Positions 22,228 to 31,248 of a DNA stretch of 64,000 nt are shown in pieces; positions within the stretch are counted from its first letter, which is position 1, and each line of letters opens with the position of its first letter. Origin of the DNA: Candidatus Woesearchaeota archaeon (GTDB lineage Archaea; Nanobdellota; Nanobdellia; Woesearchaeales; 21-14-0-10-32-9); assembly GCA_047602735.1 (NCBI GenBank), contig JBLKOK010000004.1, positions 81,033 to 145,032 on the forward strand, read 5' to 3'. The position numbers and the translations under genes are program-made. Under the pieces are notes generated by a model. It searched no databases and was not told where the DNA came from. It was given only the letters and a program-made list of their open reading frames with translations.

Positions 22228-22416
22228 ATGTATGTTCAAGTAATAAAAAAAGGTTGTCCTATATGTGAAAGTGATGTTGCTGGAAACACAAGAATAAAAT
22301 ATCTTTGTCTTAATTGTAACTTATTGTTTAATTTTAAAGATTTAAATTCTAAAAAAATAGAAGAAGTAAAAACTGACAATCCAAAACTTGATTGGACAAA
22401 GAAAACTCTTAAATAA
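22228..22416 (+). CDS. Small zinc-ribbon protein
   Basis: CPIC...CLNC; TATA-like TTTAAATA upstream. Confidence 0.6.
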   Translation: MYVQVIKKGCPICESDVAGNTRIKYLCLNCNLLFNFKDLNSKKIEEVKTDNPKLDWTKKTLK

Positions 22417-22451
22417 TAAAATTGTTTTCTTATAATTTGGAGGCGATTAAT

Positions 22452-22760
22452 ATGATAGAATTAAATTCAAACAATTTTGAAAAAGAAACAACATCTGGCC
22501 AAGTAATAGTAGATTTTTGGGCTGAATGGTGTGGGCCATGTAAGATGCTTGGACCAATATACAATGAGCTTAGCACTGAAATGGATGGAATAAAGTTTGC
22601 TAAAGTAAATGTTGATGAAAACCAAGAACTAAGTGCAAAAGCAGCAGTTAGAGGAATACCTACAATGGTTTTATATAGGGATGGAAAAGAAATCTCTAGA
22701 ATAGTTGGTTTTTTACCAAAAGATCAGTTAAAATCAAAAATCGAAGAGGCATTCAATTAG
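22452..22760 (+). CDS. trxA: Thioredoxin
   Basis: DFWAEWCGPCK; GGAGG RBS before ATG 22452. Confidence 0.96.
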   Translation: MIELNSNNFEKETTSGQVIVDFWAEWCGPCKMLGPIYNELSTEMDGIKFAKVNVDENQELSAKAAVRGIPTMVLYRDGKEISRIVGFLPKDQLKSKIEEAFN

Positions 22761-23516
22761 ATGTTTATTCACAACATTAACCCTGTCTTATTTGAACTTG
22801 GACCTTTAGAAATAAGATATTATGGGTTAGTGTATTTTCTTGGATTTTTATTCTTATTCTATTTTTTAAAAAGACAAATAAATAAAAACAAAATAAAAAA
22901 TTTTGACGAAGAAAAATTAGACATATTCATAGTATATTTATTAGTAGGTATGCTTATTGGAAGTAGAATATTTGTATACTTATTTTGGTATCCACAAGCA
23001 TTATTACAAGACCCTTTAATACTCTTTAAATTATGGCTTGGTGGAATGAGTTTTCATGGAGGATTATTTGGGGCAATAATTGCGGGTTATTTATTCTCTA
23101 AAAAATATAATGTGTCTTTTTACAAATTAGCAGACTTAACAGTTATACCTGCATCATTATTTTTGTTTTTTGGAAGAATTGCAAATTTTATAAACGCGGA
23201 ACTAGTTGGAACTGTAACAAATAAGTCTTGGTGCGTAGTATTTCCTGGATACGATGATTGCAGGCATCCTTACCAAATATATGAAGGACTAAAAAATCTT
23301 GGTTTATTCTTTGGCTTATTATATGCTCAAACAAAAAAACTTCCTAGCGGATTAATGTTTTGGGGATTTGTATTTTTTTACAATTTTTTAAGATTCTTTA
23401 TTGATTTCTTTAGATACGAACCAACACTACTAATAAGTATGGGTCAACTTATATCATTAATATTTGTTGTTGTTAGTTCATATTTCTTAGTTGGTTACTA
23501 CAAAAAGTTTAAATAA
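22761..23516 (+). CDS. lgt: Prolipoprotein diacylglyceryl transferase
   Basis: GGMSFHGG, signature GRIANFINAELVG, RHPYQIYE, multiple TM helices. Confidence 0.92.
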   Translation: MFIHNINPVLFELGPLEIRYYGLVYFLGFLFLFYFLKRQINKNKIKNFDEEKLDIFIVYLLVGMLIGSRIFVYLFWYPQALLQDPLILFKLWLGGMSFHGGLFGAIIAGYLFSKKYNVSFYKLADLTVIPASLFLFFGRIANFINAELVGTVTNKSWCVVFPGYDDCRHPYQIYEGLKNLGLFFGLLYAQTKKLPSGLMFWGFVFFYNFLRFFIDFFRYEPTLLISMGQLISLIFVVVSSYFLVGYYKKFK

Positions 23517-23538
23517 CAACTAACAAATTATATTAGTT

Positions 23539-24216
23539 ATGAAACTTAAAACTCCTATCATAATAATTAATTTTAAAGCTTATCCTGAGTCCACGGGAAA
23601 AAAAGGCTTGGCGTTAGCTAAAAAAATAGAAAAAGCAGCCTTAAAAGAAAAAGCAAACGTTGCTATAGCTGTTCAATCAACAGATATACAAATGATTTCT
23701 TCAAACGTAAAAATACCTGTGTTGGCTCAACACACTGATATTGAAAAGCAAGGTGCTCATACTGGAAAGATAACTGCTGAAGCTATAAAGCAAGCAGGAG
23801 CTATAGGAACCCTTATCAATCATTCTGAATACAACATTTCAAGAGGAGAAGTAGGTGAAATTATTAGAAGATGTAAATCATTAAATCTTGACACTGTTGT
23901 TTGTGCAAAAAATAGTGATGTGGCTGCAAAGCTATCTTTGTTTAAGCCTTCATTTATCGCTGTAGAGCCTCCTGACTTAATTGGTGGTGAGGTATCTGTA
24001 ACAACTGCGAATCCAAAACTAATAAGTGAAACTGTAAAAAAAGTCTATAAGACAAGTGAGATAAGTGTTTTGTGTGGTGCTGGTGTTCATACAACAGAAG
24101 ATGTTGCTATATCTTTAAGTCTTGGTGCAAAAGGAGTTCTTGTTGCTAGTGGGGTTGTAAAAAATAAATCTCCTTACAAAGAAACTCTTAGTTTAATAAA
24201 AGGAATAAAAAAATAA
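23539..24216 (+). CDS. tpiA: Triosephosphate isomerase (archaeal type)
   Basis: INFKAY, LINHSE, AVEPPDLIG, GVLVASG. Confidence 0.95.
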   Translation: MKLKTPIIIINFKAYPESTGKKGLALAKKIEKAALKEKANVAIAVQSTDIQMISSNVKIPVLAQHTDIEKQGAHTGKITAEAIKQAGAIGTLINHSEYNISRGEVGEIIRRCKSLNLDTVVCAKNSDVAAKLSLFKPSFIAVEPPDLIGGEVSVTTANPKLISETVKKVYKTSEISVLCGAGVHTTEDVAISLSLGAKGVLVASGVVKNKSPYKETLSLIKGIKK

Positions 24217-24220
24217 TTAG

Positions 24221-24703
24221 TTAGATATTAATTGTGAAAACTCTGGCGTTTCCATAATCACTTCCTGATTCGCTTAGACGTACAGTAAAAACATATTGTC
24301 CAGGTTCTACATTTCTAAGATTTATACTTATAAGTCCTACGTCTCTAGAATTTGGATTAACCGTTATCTCATCAAAGTATTGCACTTTGTTATCAAATAT
24401 ACTATCATGAGTTATCTCTACTCCAAAAGTTGTTCTAGCAGCATTATTGTTTTGCACTGCAAAGTAAACAACTATTTCTCTTTCACGATTAATAGTTATA
24501 CTTGTTTGAGGTAAGTATAAAGGATTGGTTCCGCTAAAGCTTCTAAGAACTTGATCTTTTACGTTTTGATCTACTGTTTGTTGTGCTGATGTTGCCGCAT
24601 CATAGATATTATAAAAAATCATGGTGCCTGCTATAAACATTGCTAGACCTAATACTATGGCTACAACTGTTCCTACTGCAAACTCCATTCCTTTTTTATT
24701 CAT
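24221..24703 (-). CDS. Type IV pilin-like protein (class III signal peptide)
   Basis: MNKKG|MEFAVG plus a hydrophobic helix and beta-rich C-terminus. Confidence 0.7.
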   Translation of the reverse strand: MNKKGMEFAVGTVVAIVLGLAMFIAGTMIFYNIYDAATSAQQTVDQNVKDQVLRSFSGTNPLYLPQTSITINREREIVVYFAVQNNNAARTTFGVEITHDSIFDNKVQYFDEITVNPNSRDVGLISINLRNVEPGQYVFTVRLSESGSDYGNARVFTINI

Positions 24704-24705
24704 CT

Positions 24706-24945
24706 TTAGAACTTCCTATGTAAGTGGAATTCTCTCATAACAATTGCTGTAAACAACATTAAGATCATTGCACCAATAAATGTTATAAGTAGTCCAAACC
24801 ATATGTTTTCGTTTGTTAAAAGCATATATGTTCCTGCTGCAAGTCCTATTGTTCCAAGCCATAAGAATTTATCAAATACAAGTTTAAGTAGTTCAAATTC
24901 TTCTTCTCTTGTAAGTCTTAGTTTATCATTTTTTTTTCTTAGCAT
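24706..24945 (-). CDS. Small two-TM membrane protein
   Basis: EEFELLKLVFDKFLWLG followed by two hydrophobic helices; in operon. Confidence 0.7.
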   Translation of the reverse strand: MLRKKNDKLRLTREEEFELLKLVFDKFLWLGTIGLAAGTYMLLTNENIWFGLLITFIGAMILMLFTAIVMREFHLHRKF

Positions 24946-24953
24946 TTTTTATT

Positions 24954-25451
24954 TCACCCTTCGACATATACTATTGCTTGTTGAGCTCCTAATAAATTGC
25001 TTGCATTATCTTTTGCTTCAATATTACATATATATGTACCTGCAGACGTATTAGATTCTGTTTTGAAAATAATTTGGAATGCTGCTGCACTACTTCCAGG
25101 AATACTTTGTTTTATAGATCTTATTTCTGGATTCATACCTTCACAACTAGAAGCGGTTATTTGAACGTCGTTTGCAGTGCTGGCTTGTGAATTATAAACT
25201 CCTACTCTAACAACAGATTCTCCGCCTGTTTGTCCAACTCTTATAGTTGAACCATCAATTATTAACGGTCTTTCTCTTGTTGGTGGATTACTAAGTGTTG
25301 CTGGATCTATTATGTCTCCAGGCATTGGGACATCTGAAAATACGCTTCTAATGAAACTTACTCCTGCTCCTATAAGTACCATAGCAATAACGAGTACTAC
25401 GACTGTGCTTATTCCTAGGTTTAATGCTGCTTTTTTATTCATACTTTGCAC
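24954..25451 (-). CDS. Type IV pilin-like protein (class III signal peptide)
   Basis: NKKA|ALNLGISTVVVLVIA; two Cys in a beta-rich domain. Confidence 0.72.
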   Translation of the reverse strand: MQSMNKKAALNLGISTVVVLVIAMVLIGAGVSFIRSVFSDVPMPGDIIDPATLSNPPTRERPLIIDGSTIRVGQTGGESVVRVGVYNSQASTANDVQITASSCEGMNPEIRSIKQSIPGSSAAAFQIIFKTESNTSAGTYICNIEAKDNASNLLGAQQAIVYVEG

Positions 25452-25499
25452 CTCTTTTAAGTATTATTCTCTAGAAACTTATTTATATATTTATATAGT

Positions 25500-26753
25500 T
25501 TATGATTTTTTTGCTTGGTTATAATCTTCTATAACTATGTGGCCTAGGTCGTCGCTGCTTTTAACTTGGTAGAGTCTTCCGTTGTTTATGTTTACTATTT
25601 TTTGTGCTAGGTTATTTCCTTCTTTATCTAGGTTTATTCCTATAAGTGTTATTGTTACTTTGTTATTTGTAGCTTCGCTTATTTTTTTCAAAACCTCTTC
25701 TTCTGGTTTTTTACCGAGTGTTTGAACTGCGTCTGTTAATAAAACTAAGTGGTTGTTTCCTCTTTCATTAAACATTTTCAAAGCGTCTGTTATTCCAAGA
25801 GCTATATCTGTTTCTCCTGCAGTTCTTATCTTATTTATTCCTCTAAGAATTGAATGAAAATCTGTTGTAAGCTCTACTTTACTCTCTATCTTACTGCTAA
25901 ACACAAGCAGTCCTGCTTTATCTTTATTTAATGTTGCTTTATATGCAAGTGCTATTCCTGCTCTTTTAGCCATCTTTATTTTTTGGCCTTTCATACTTCC
26001 ACTTGCATCAAGACAATATATAACATTTAATTTTCCCTTTGCTTGTCTTGTGTTACTTGTCAAATCTTCTCTTGTAATTGTTTGTCTTCCTCTTCTAATT
26101 GCGCTTCTAACTGTTTTTCTTACAGAAATATCTCTGTACCTATCGCTTGATTCGTATTTCTTATAATCTTTTTTCTCTCCGTATACATCTGTTTTCTTAT
26201 TCTCTGTACTTCCTTGCATACCTTTACTCTCAAGATTATCTAGTTCTTCTTGGAGCATACTAAGTGCGCTATATTCGTATCCTTCATCACTAATACTTCC
26301 ATCCTTTTCAAGAAGTCCGTCTTTTTTTAGTCTTTCAATGTTTTGTTGTAGACGATTCTTAAGCTCTCTTTGAAATTCAGGAACATTAATATTTCTATCA
26401 ATATATCCTGGGTCGTATTGTGTTAGTTCACGAATCATAGTATCGCCGTAGATACTTCTGGCGGTCTTATAATCTTTAACCATTTGTTCAAAACTAAAAT
26501 CGGGGGTGAAGCTGCTAATATTATTATTAATTGCATCTGTTAAAACTCTTGCATCATCAACTTTTTTTTCATCTACGGGTAGAACTGTATGATTTAGCTT
26601 ATCGTCTCTGTGGTCCTTTGAAAGTTTTCCTGTAAGTTCTTCTGCTTCTTCTGCTTGCTCTACTTTTGTCTCAGAATCACCTATTTCTTGCTCGGATATA
26701 TCGCTATTAGGGACCTTGGCCTGAAATACTGATTTCGTCTTTAAAATATTCAT
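25500..26753 (-). CDS. VWA-domain protein (ChlD-like partner)
   Basis: MIDAS DASGSM, T and LLTD motifs. Confidence 0.88.
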   Translation of the reverse strand: MNILKTKSVFQAKVPNSDISEQEIGDSETKVEQAEEAEELTGKLSKDHRDDKLNHTVLPVDEKKVDDARVLTDAINNNISSFTPDFSFEQMVKDYKTARSIYGDTMIRELTQYDPGYIDRNINVPEFQRELKNRLQQNIERLKKDGLLEKDGSISDEGYEYSALSMLQEELDNLESKGMQGSTENKKTDVYGEKKDYKKYESSDRYRDISVRKTVRSAIRRGRQTITREDLTSNTRQAKGKLNVIYCLDASGSMKGQKIKMAKRAGIALAYKATLNKDKAGLLVFSSKIESKVELTTDFHSILRGINKIRTAGETDIALGITDALKMFNERGNNHLVLLTDAVQTLGKKPEEEVLKKISEATNNKVTITLIGINLDKEGNNLAQKIVNINNGRLYQVKSSDDLGHIVIEDYNQAKKS

Positions 26754-27663
26754 TAAATTCTTCTTTTAAGAATTCATTTGTACTTTTCATATATTTCAAG
26801 CTTGGTTTTAATCTAATTCTATGACTCAAAACACTAATCATAGCATCTAATATGTCTTTTGCATCTACACTTTTGTTATTATTAAGGTAAGCATTACTTT
26901 GACTTCGCTCATATATTCCTAGTGTTGCTCTAACACTTGGGTGTTTTTCTAAATCATTGCTATTTCTCAATAGTCTTATGAATTGTATTGTTTTTGTTAA
27001 TAATTCATCTGGAAACTCTGCAAGTTTTTTTCCGTGTTTTTTAATTATTTCTCGCTCGATATCTAGGGTTTCTGGAGGTTTCATATATATTAAGTCAAAT
27101 CTATCTAAAAATACGTCGCTAAGAGGCTCTGTGCTTGCTTCTTCTGGGTTCATAGTGCCTATGAATATGAAGTCTGCATCAAAATCTATATCGTAACTTC
27201 CAATAGTAACTCTTCCTTCTTCTAAAACTTGAAGCAAAGTATTTTGAAGTTTCTCTGAACAACGATTAACTTCGTCAAAGAAAAGAATTCCTTTATCTGC
27301 TTTAAAGATTTTTCCTGGAATAAATGCTTCTTGGCTTGTAGCTCCATGTTTTAATGCTTTAACTGGGTCTATATCTCCAATTAAGTCTTCTGCTGTAAGA
27401 TCTGGACTTCCTTGAACTCTAATAAATGGTGCTTTAACTTTTTTATTTTCGCCTTCTGTTGTAACGTCTGGTAATATGTTTGCAAATCCTTTTACAAGCG
27501 TTGTTTTTCCAATACCTGGTGGTCCTACAAGTATTACGTGTCTTCTCATTAAAATCGCAGATTTTAATTGTTTTTTAACTTCTTCTTGTCCAAGTACTTC
27601 TTTTATATCTTTTTTAACCAGTGTTTTTTCAAAATCGTCGTTCATAAAAACCTGGGAAGACAA
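26707..27663 (-). CDS. MoxR/ChlI-like AAA+ ATPase
   Basis: GPPGIGKT, FFDEVNR, GTMNP, LDRF; coupled to the VWA gene. Confidence 0.88.
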   Translation of the reverse strand: MSSQVFMNDDFEKTLVKKDIKEVLGQEEVKKQLKSAILMRRHVILVGPPGIGKTTLVKGFANILPDVTTEGENKKVKAPFIRVQGSPDLTAEDLIGDIDPVKALKHGATSQEAFIPGKIFKADKGILFFDEVNRCSEKLQNTLLQVLEEGRVTIGSYDIDFDADFIFIGTMNPEEASTEPLSDVFLDRFDLIYMKPPETLDIEREIIKKHGKKLAEFPDELLTKTIQFIRLLRNSNDLEKHPSVRATLGIYERSQSNAYLNNNKSVDAKDILDAMISVLSHRIRLKPSLKYMKSTNEFLKEEFNEYFKDEISISGQGP

Positions 27664-27813
27664 TACTCTTTTTAAGGGTTTTCATTGAAATAAAGCTCTT
27701 TAGAGATAAAGGAAGATTTTATTTCCAAAAAGTTTAAATAGGGCTTAAGTTATTTATAAATAGAAAAAACATCAAATATTTAATTATTTAATGTCTGAGG
27801 TGATTATAAAAAA

Positions 27814-28362
27814 ATGGTTTTGAATAAAAAAAGAGGACAAGCTGCCTTAGAATTTTTAACAACTTATGGTTGGGCTTTCCTAGTTATATTAGTTATGATT
27901 TCAGCACTTGGTTATTTTGGTATTTTAAATCCTGATAGATTCTTGCCTGAAAGATGTAATGTTGGTCCAGAATTTGCATGTGTAGAATATGCTATATTTG
28001 ATAATGGTACATTAGATTTAATTATATCTAATAGTATTGGTTTAACGTTAACTAATTTTACAATTAACAGGGTGCAAGTAAGAAATGCGGTTGAAGATGA
28101 TCGTTCGGGACATAGCTGTATAGCATATACTACTGAAGCTGGATCTGATGAACCATCTGAGGATGAAGTTAGTTCTGATGAGTCTGTTAGGGCATCTGAA
28201 AATATTTGGATTAGATGTAATGCTTTAAGTACTGATTTACAGGGTCAGTTTGGTTCTATTGGTTCTAAAGTTAGAGTTGATTTAGATGCAACTTATAGGG
28301 CTCTTGGTAGAAGTTTAGATAGACCTGTGGCTATACAAGTTTATGCTACTTTACAAGAATAA
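27814..28362 (+). CDS. Archaeal type IV pilin-like protein
   Basis: KKRG|QAALEFLTTYGWAFLVILV class III signal typical of DPANN pilins; GAGGTGA RBS. Confidence 0.82.
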   Translation: MVLNKKRGQAALEFLTTYGWAFLVILVMISALGYFGILNPDRFLPERCNVGPEFACVEYAIFDNGTLDLIISNSIGLTLTNFTINRVQVRNAVEDDRSGHSCIAYTTEAGSDEPSEDEVSSDESVRASENIWIRCNALSTDLQGQFGSIGSKVRVDLDATYRALGRSLDRPVAIQVYATLQE

Positions 28363-28422
28363 ATATTTTTTTTCTTTTTTTTTTCGTAATGTTTTTATAA
28401 TATTTCTTTATCTCATATAATT

Positions 28423-31248
28423 ATGTCTAATAAGATAGTTCAAAAAGAGCTTGAAATAGTTGAGCTTTGGGAAAAAAATAATGTTTTCAAAAAATCTATA
28501 GATCAAAGACCAAGTGATAAACAATATGTTTTCTTTGATGGTCCGCCGTTTGCAACAGGTACTCCTCATTATGGTCACATACTTGGTCTTACAAGTAAAG
28601 ATGTGTATCCTAGATATTTTACTATGAAAGGATACAAAGTTCTAAGGAGGTGGGGTTGGGATTGTCATGGTCTTCCAATTGAAAGTATTGGCGAAAACGA
28701 TTTGGGTCTTAATGGTAAACAAGAAATTGAAGCTTATGGTGTTGGCAAGTTTAATAATTATTGTAGGTCTAAAGTTTTAAGTTATGCTAATGAATGGGGT
28801 AAAACTGTAAAAAGAATGGGTAAGTGGATTGACTTTGAAAATTCCTATAAAACCATGGATAACACTTATATTGAAAGTGTTTGGTGGGCTTTCAAAAAAT
28901 TATATGATGAAGGATACATATATGAGGGTAGAAAAGTACTTTGGTATTGTCCAAAGAGTCAAACTCCTATAAGTAACTTTGAGATCCAAATGGATAACTC
29001 GTACAAAGACGTAACTGATACTTCTTGTTATGTTTCTTTTAAAGTTAAAAACCAGGAGTTGTACTTGCTTGCTTGGACAACTACTCCTTGGACGCTATTG
29101 GCAAACGTCGCGGTTGCTATAAATCCTAAGTTAGAATACGTTAAGTTAACAAAGAACTCAAAGACTTATATTCTTGCAAAAGATAGAGTAGAAGAAGTTT
29201 TTGAGTCTTATGATAAAATAGAAAAAATATCTTCAAAAGACGTACTTGGATTAGAATACGAACGGCTTTATGATTTAGAAGTTGAAGATCCTTCAAAGAA
29301 AGGCTGGTATGTAATTGATGCAGGTGATGAGGTAACTAGTACTGATGGTTCTGGCTTAGTTCACATGGCTCCTTATGGTGAGTTTGATTATGAAATGATA
29401 AAAAAGTATGACTTGCCGTTCTTAGAGCATCTTGATAACAAAGGTCATTTTACCTATGAGCTTAATGGTTGGAAAGATTTCTACTTCAAAAAATTAGACA
29501 AAGTAGTTCTTGAAGACTTAGAAGCAAGAGGACTTTTAACAAAAGAAGAAGATTACACTCACAGCTATCCTTTCAGTCCAAGGTACGATGTTCCTTTAAT
29601 AAACAAACCTGTACCTAGTTGGTTTGTTGACATACAAAAAATAAAGCCTAAACTCTTAGAAAAAAATAAGGAGATAAACTGGATTCCTTCTCATCTAAAA
29701 AATGGGAGGTTTCATAACAACTTATTAACTGCTCCTGATTGGAACATATCAAGAAACAGGTTTTGGGCTTCTGCTCTTCCTGTTTGGAAAAGTGATGACG
29801 GAGAAATACTAAAAGTAATTGGAAGTGTTAAAGAGCTTCAAGAGCTTGCTACAACTAATGTATCTGATGATGTTGATCTTCATAAAGATGCTTTGGATAA
29901 AATAAAATTAAAAGATCCTAAGACTGGTAAAGTTCTAACAAGAGTACCTGAGGTTTTTGATTGTTGGTTTGAAAGTGCAAGTATGCCTTTTGCATCTAAT
30001 CATTATCCTTTTGAAAACAAAGAATTAGTAGAAAACAACTTACCTGCGGATTTCATATCTGAATATATTGGTCAGGTAAGAGCTTGGTTTTACGTAATGC
30101 ATGTTCTAGGTGTATTATTATTTGATAAACCTTCTTATAAAAACGTAGTAACTACAGGTACAATACTTGCTGAAGACGGAAGTAAGATGTCAAAATCAAG
30201 AGGTAATTTCCCAGATCCAATGTTAATATTTGAAAAATATGGAGCTGATGCTTTAAGATTTTACTTAATGGGCAGCAACCTTATGAGAGCTCGTGACTTA
30301 AACTTTAATGAAACTCACTTAAAAGACGTATACAGAAAAATAATAGTTATATTAAGCAACGTTAAAAGCTTTTTTGAATTATACGCTGACAAAGTCAATC
30401 TTAAACCTGACACCTCAGACGTTTTGAATGCGTGGATAGTTAGTAAAACTGAGTCTTTAAACAAGAAGTTAACAAAACACTACGATGAATATGATAGTGT
30501 TCAAGTATGTTTATTATTACAAGACTTCATAGAAGATCTAAGCACTTGGTATGTTAGAAGAAGTAGAGATAATTTCAAGGTTGATGGTCCAAATAAAGAC
30601 AAATCAAGAGAAACATTAGCTTACGTATTACACAAGTTATCTTTAATGATGGCTCCAATAACTCCGTTCATAGCTGAAGACATACACCAATCATTAGCTA
30701 AACATGTATCTTTAAATGAAAGCGTTCACTTAGAAGCATGGCCAAATCCTGTTGTTAAAAACATAGATGAAAAATTAGAAGAAGACATGGTAAAGGTTAG
30801 AGAAGTTGTATCTTTAATACTTGATCAAAGAGAAAAAGTAAAAATTCCTATAAGGCAAGCACTTCTAAGCGCAAAGGTATCTGGATATGACTTATCAGAT
30901 AAACTTTCAAAACTAATACTGGATGAAACAAATATCAAGAAAATAGAATACGTAAAAGGAGAGCCTAGTGCTTCACTTGACACAACTATGACTCCTGAGC
31001 TTGAAAAAGAAGGTATGATTAGGGACTTGATAAGAAAGTTAAATCAGCAAAGAAAAAATATGGGTTTAACAATAGATGATAAGATAACCCTTCATATTTC
31101 TTCAAATTCTAAGCTTTTTAATGAAGCAATTAGTGATTTTGAAGATGAATTAAAAAATAGTATTCAAGCAACAAAAATAGTTAGCAGTGGTGGAAAAGAA
31201 GCTATTACTATAAAAGATGTTGAAGTAAGCTTTGAAATAAAGCTTTAA
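28423..31248 (+). CDS. ileS: Isoleucine-tRNA ligase (type 2)
   Basis: DGPPFATGTPHYGH, WTTTPWT, SRNRFW, KMSKS. Confidence 0.97.
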   Translation: MSNKIVQKELEIVELWEKNNVFKKSIDQRPSDKQYVFFDGPPFATGTPHYGHILGLTSKDVYPRYFTMKGYKVLRRWGWDCHGLPIESIGENDLGLNGKQEIEAYGVGKFNNYCRSKVLSYANEWGKTVKRMGKWIDFENSYKTMDNTYIESVWWAFKKLYDEGYIYEGRKVLWYCPKSQTPISNFEIQMDNSYKDVTDTSCYVSFKVKNQELYLLAWTTTPWTLLANVAVAINPKLEYVKLTKNSKTYILAKDRVEEVFESYDKIEKISSKDVLGLEYERLYDLEVEDPSKKGWYVIDAGDEVTSTDGSGLVHMAPYGEFDYEMIKKYDLPFLEHLDNKGHFTYELNGWKDFYFKKLDKVVLEDLEARGLLTKEEDYTHSYPFSPRYDVPLINKPVPSWFVDIQKIKPKLLEKNKEINWIPSHLKNGRFHNNLLTAPDWNISRNRFWASALPVWKSDDGEILKVIGSVKELQELATTNVSDDVDLHKDALDKIKLKDPKTGKVLTRVPEVFDCWFESASMPFASNHYPFENKELVENNLPADFISEYIGQVRAWFYVMHVLGVLLFDKPSYKNVVTTGTILAEDGSKMSKSRGNFPDPMLIFEKYGADALRFYLMGSNLMRARDLNFNETHLKDVYRKIIVILSNVKSFFELYADKVNLKPDTSDVLNAWIVSKTESLNKKLTKHYDEYDSVQVCLLLQDFIEDLSTWYVRRSRDNFKVDGPNKDKSRETLAYVLHKLSLMMAPITPFIAEDIHQSLAKHVSLNESVHLEAWPNPVVKNIDEKLEEDMVKVREVVSLILDQREKVKIPIRQALLSAKVSGYDLSDKLSKLILDETNIKKIEYVKGEPSASLDTTMTPELEKEGMIRDLIRKLNQQRKNMGLTIDDKITLHISSNSKLFNEAISDFEDELKNSIQATKIVSSGGKEAITIKDVEVSFEIKL

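Noticed and set aside
25500-27663. AAA+/VWA pair as a novel system
   Set aside because: MoxR/ChlI-VWA pairs are a well-known chaperone-like module; nothing unusual is visible here.
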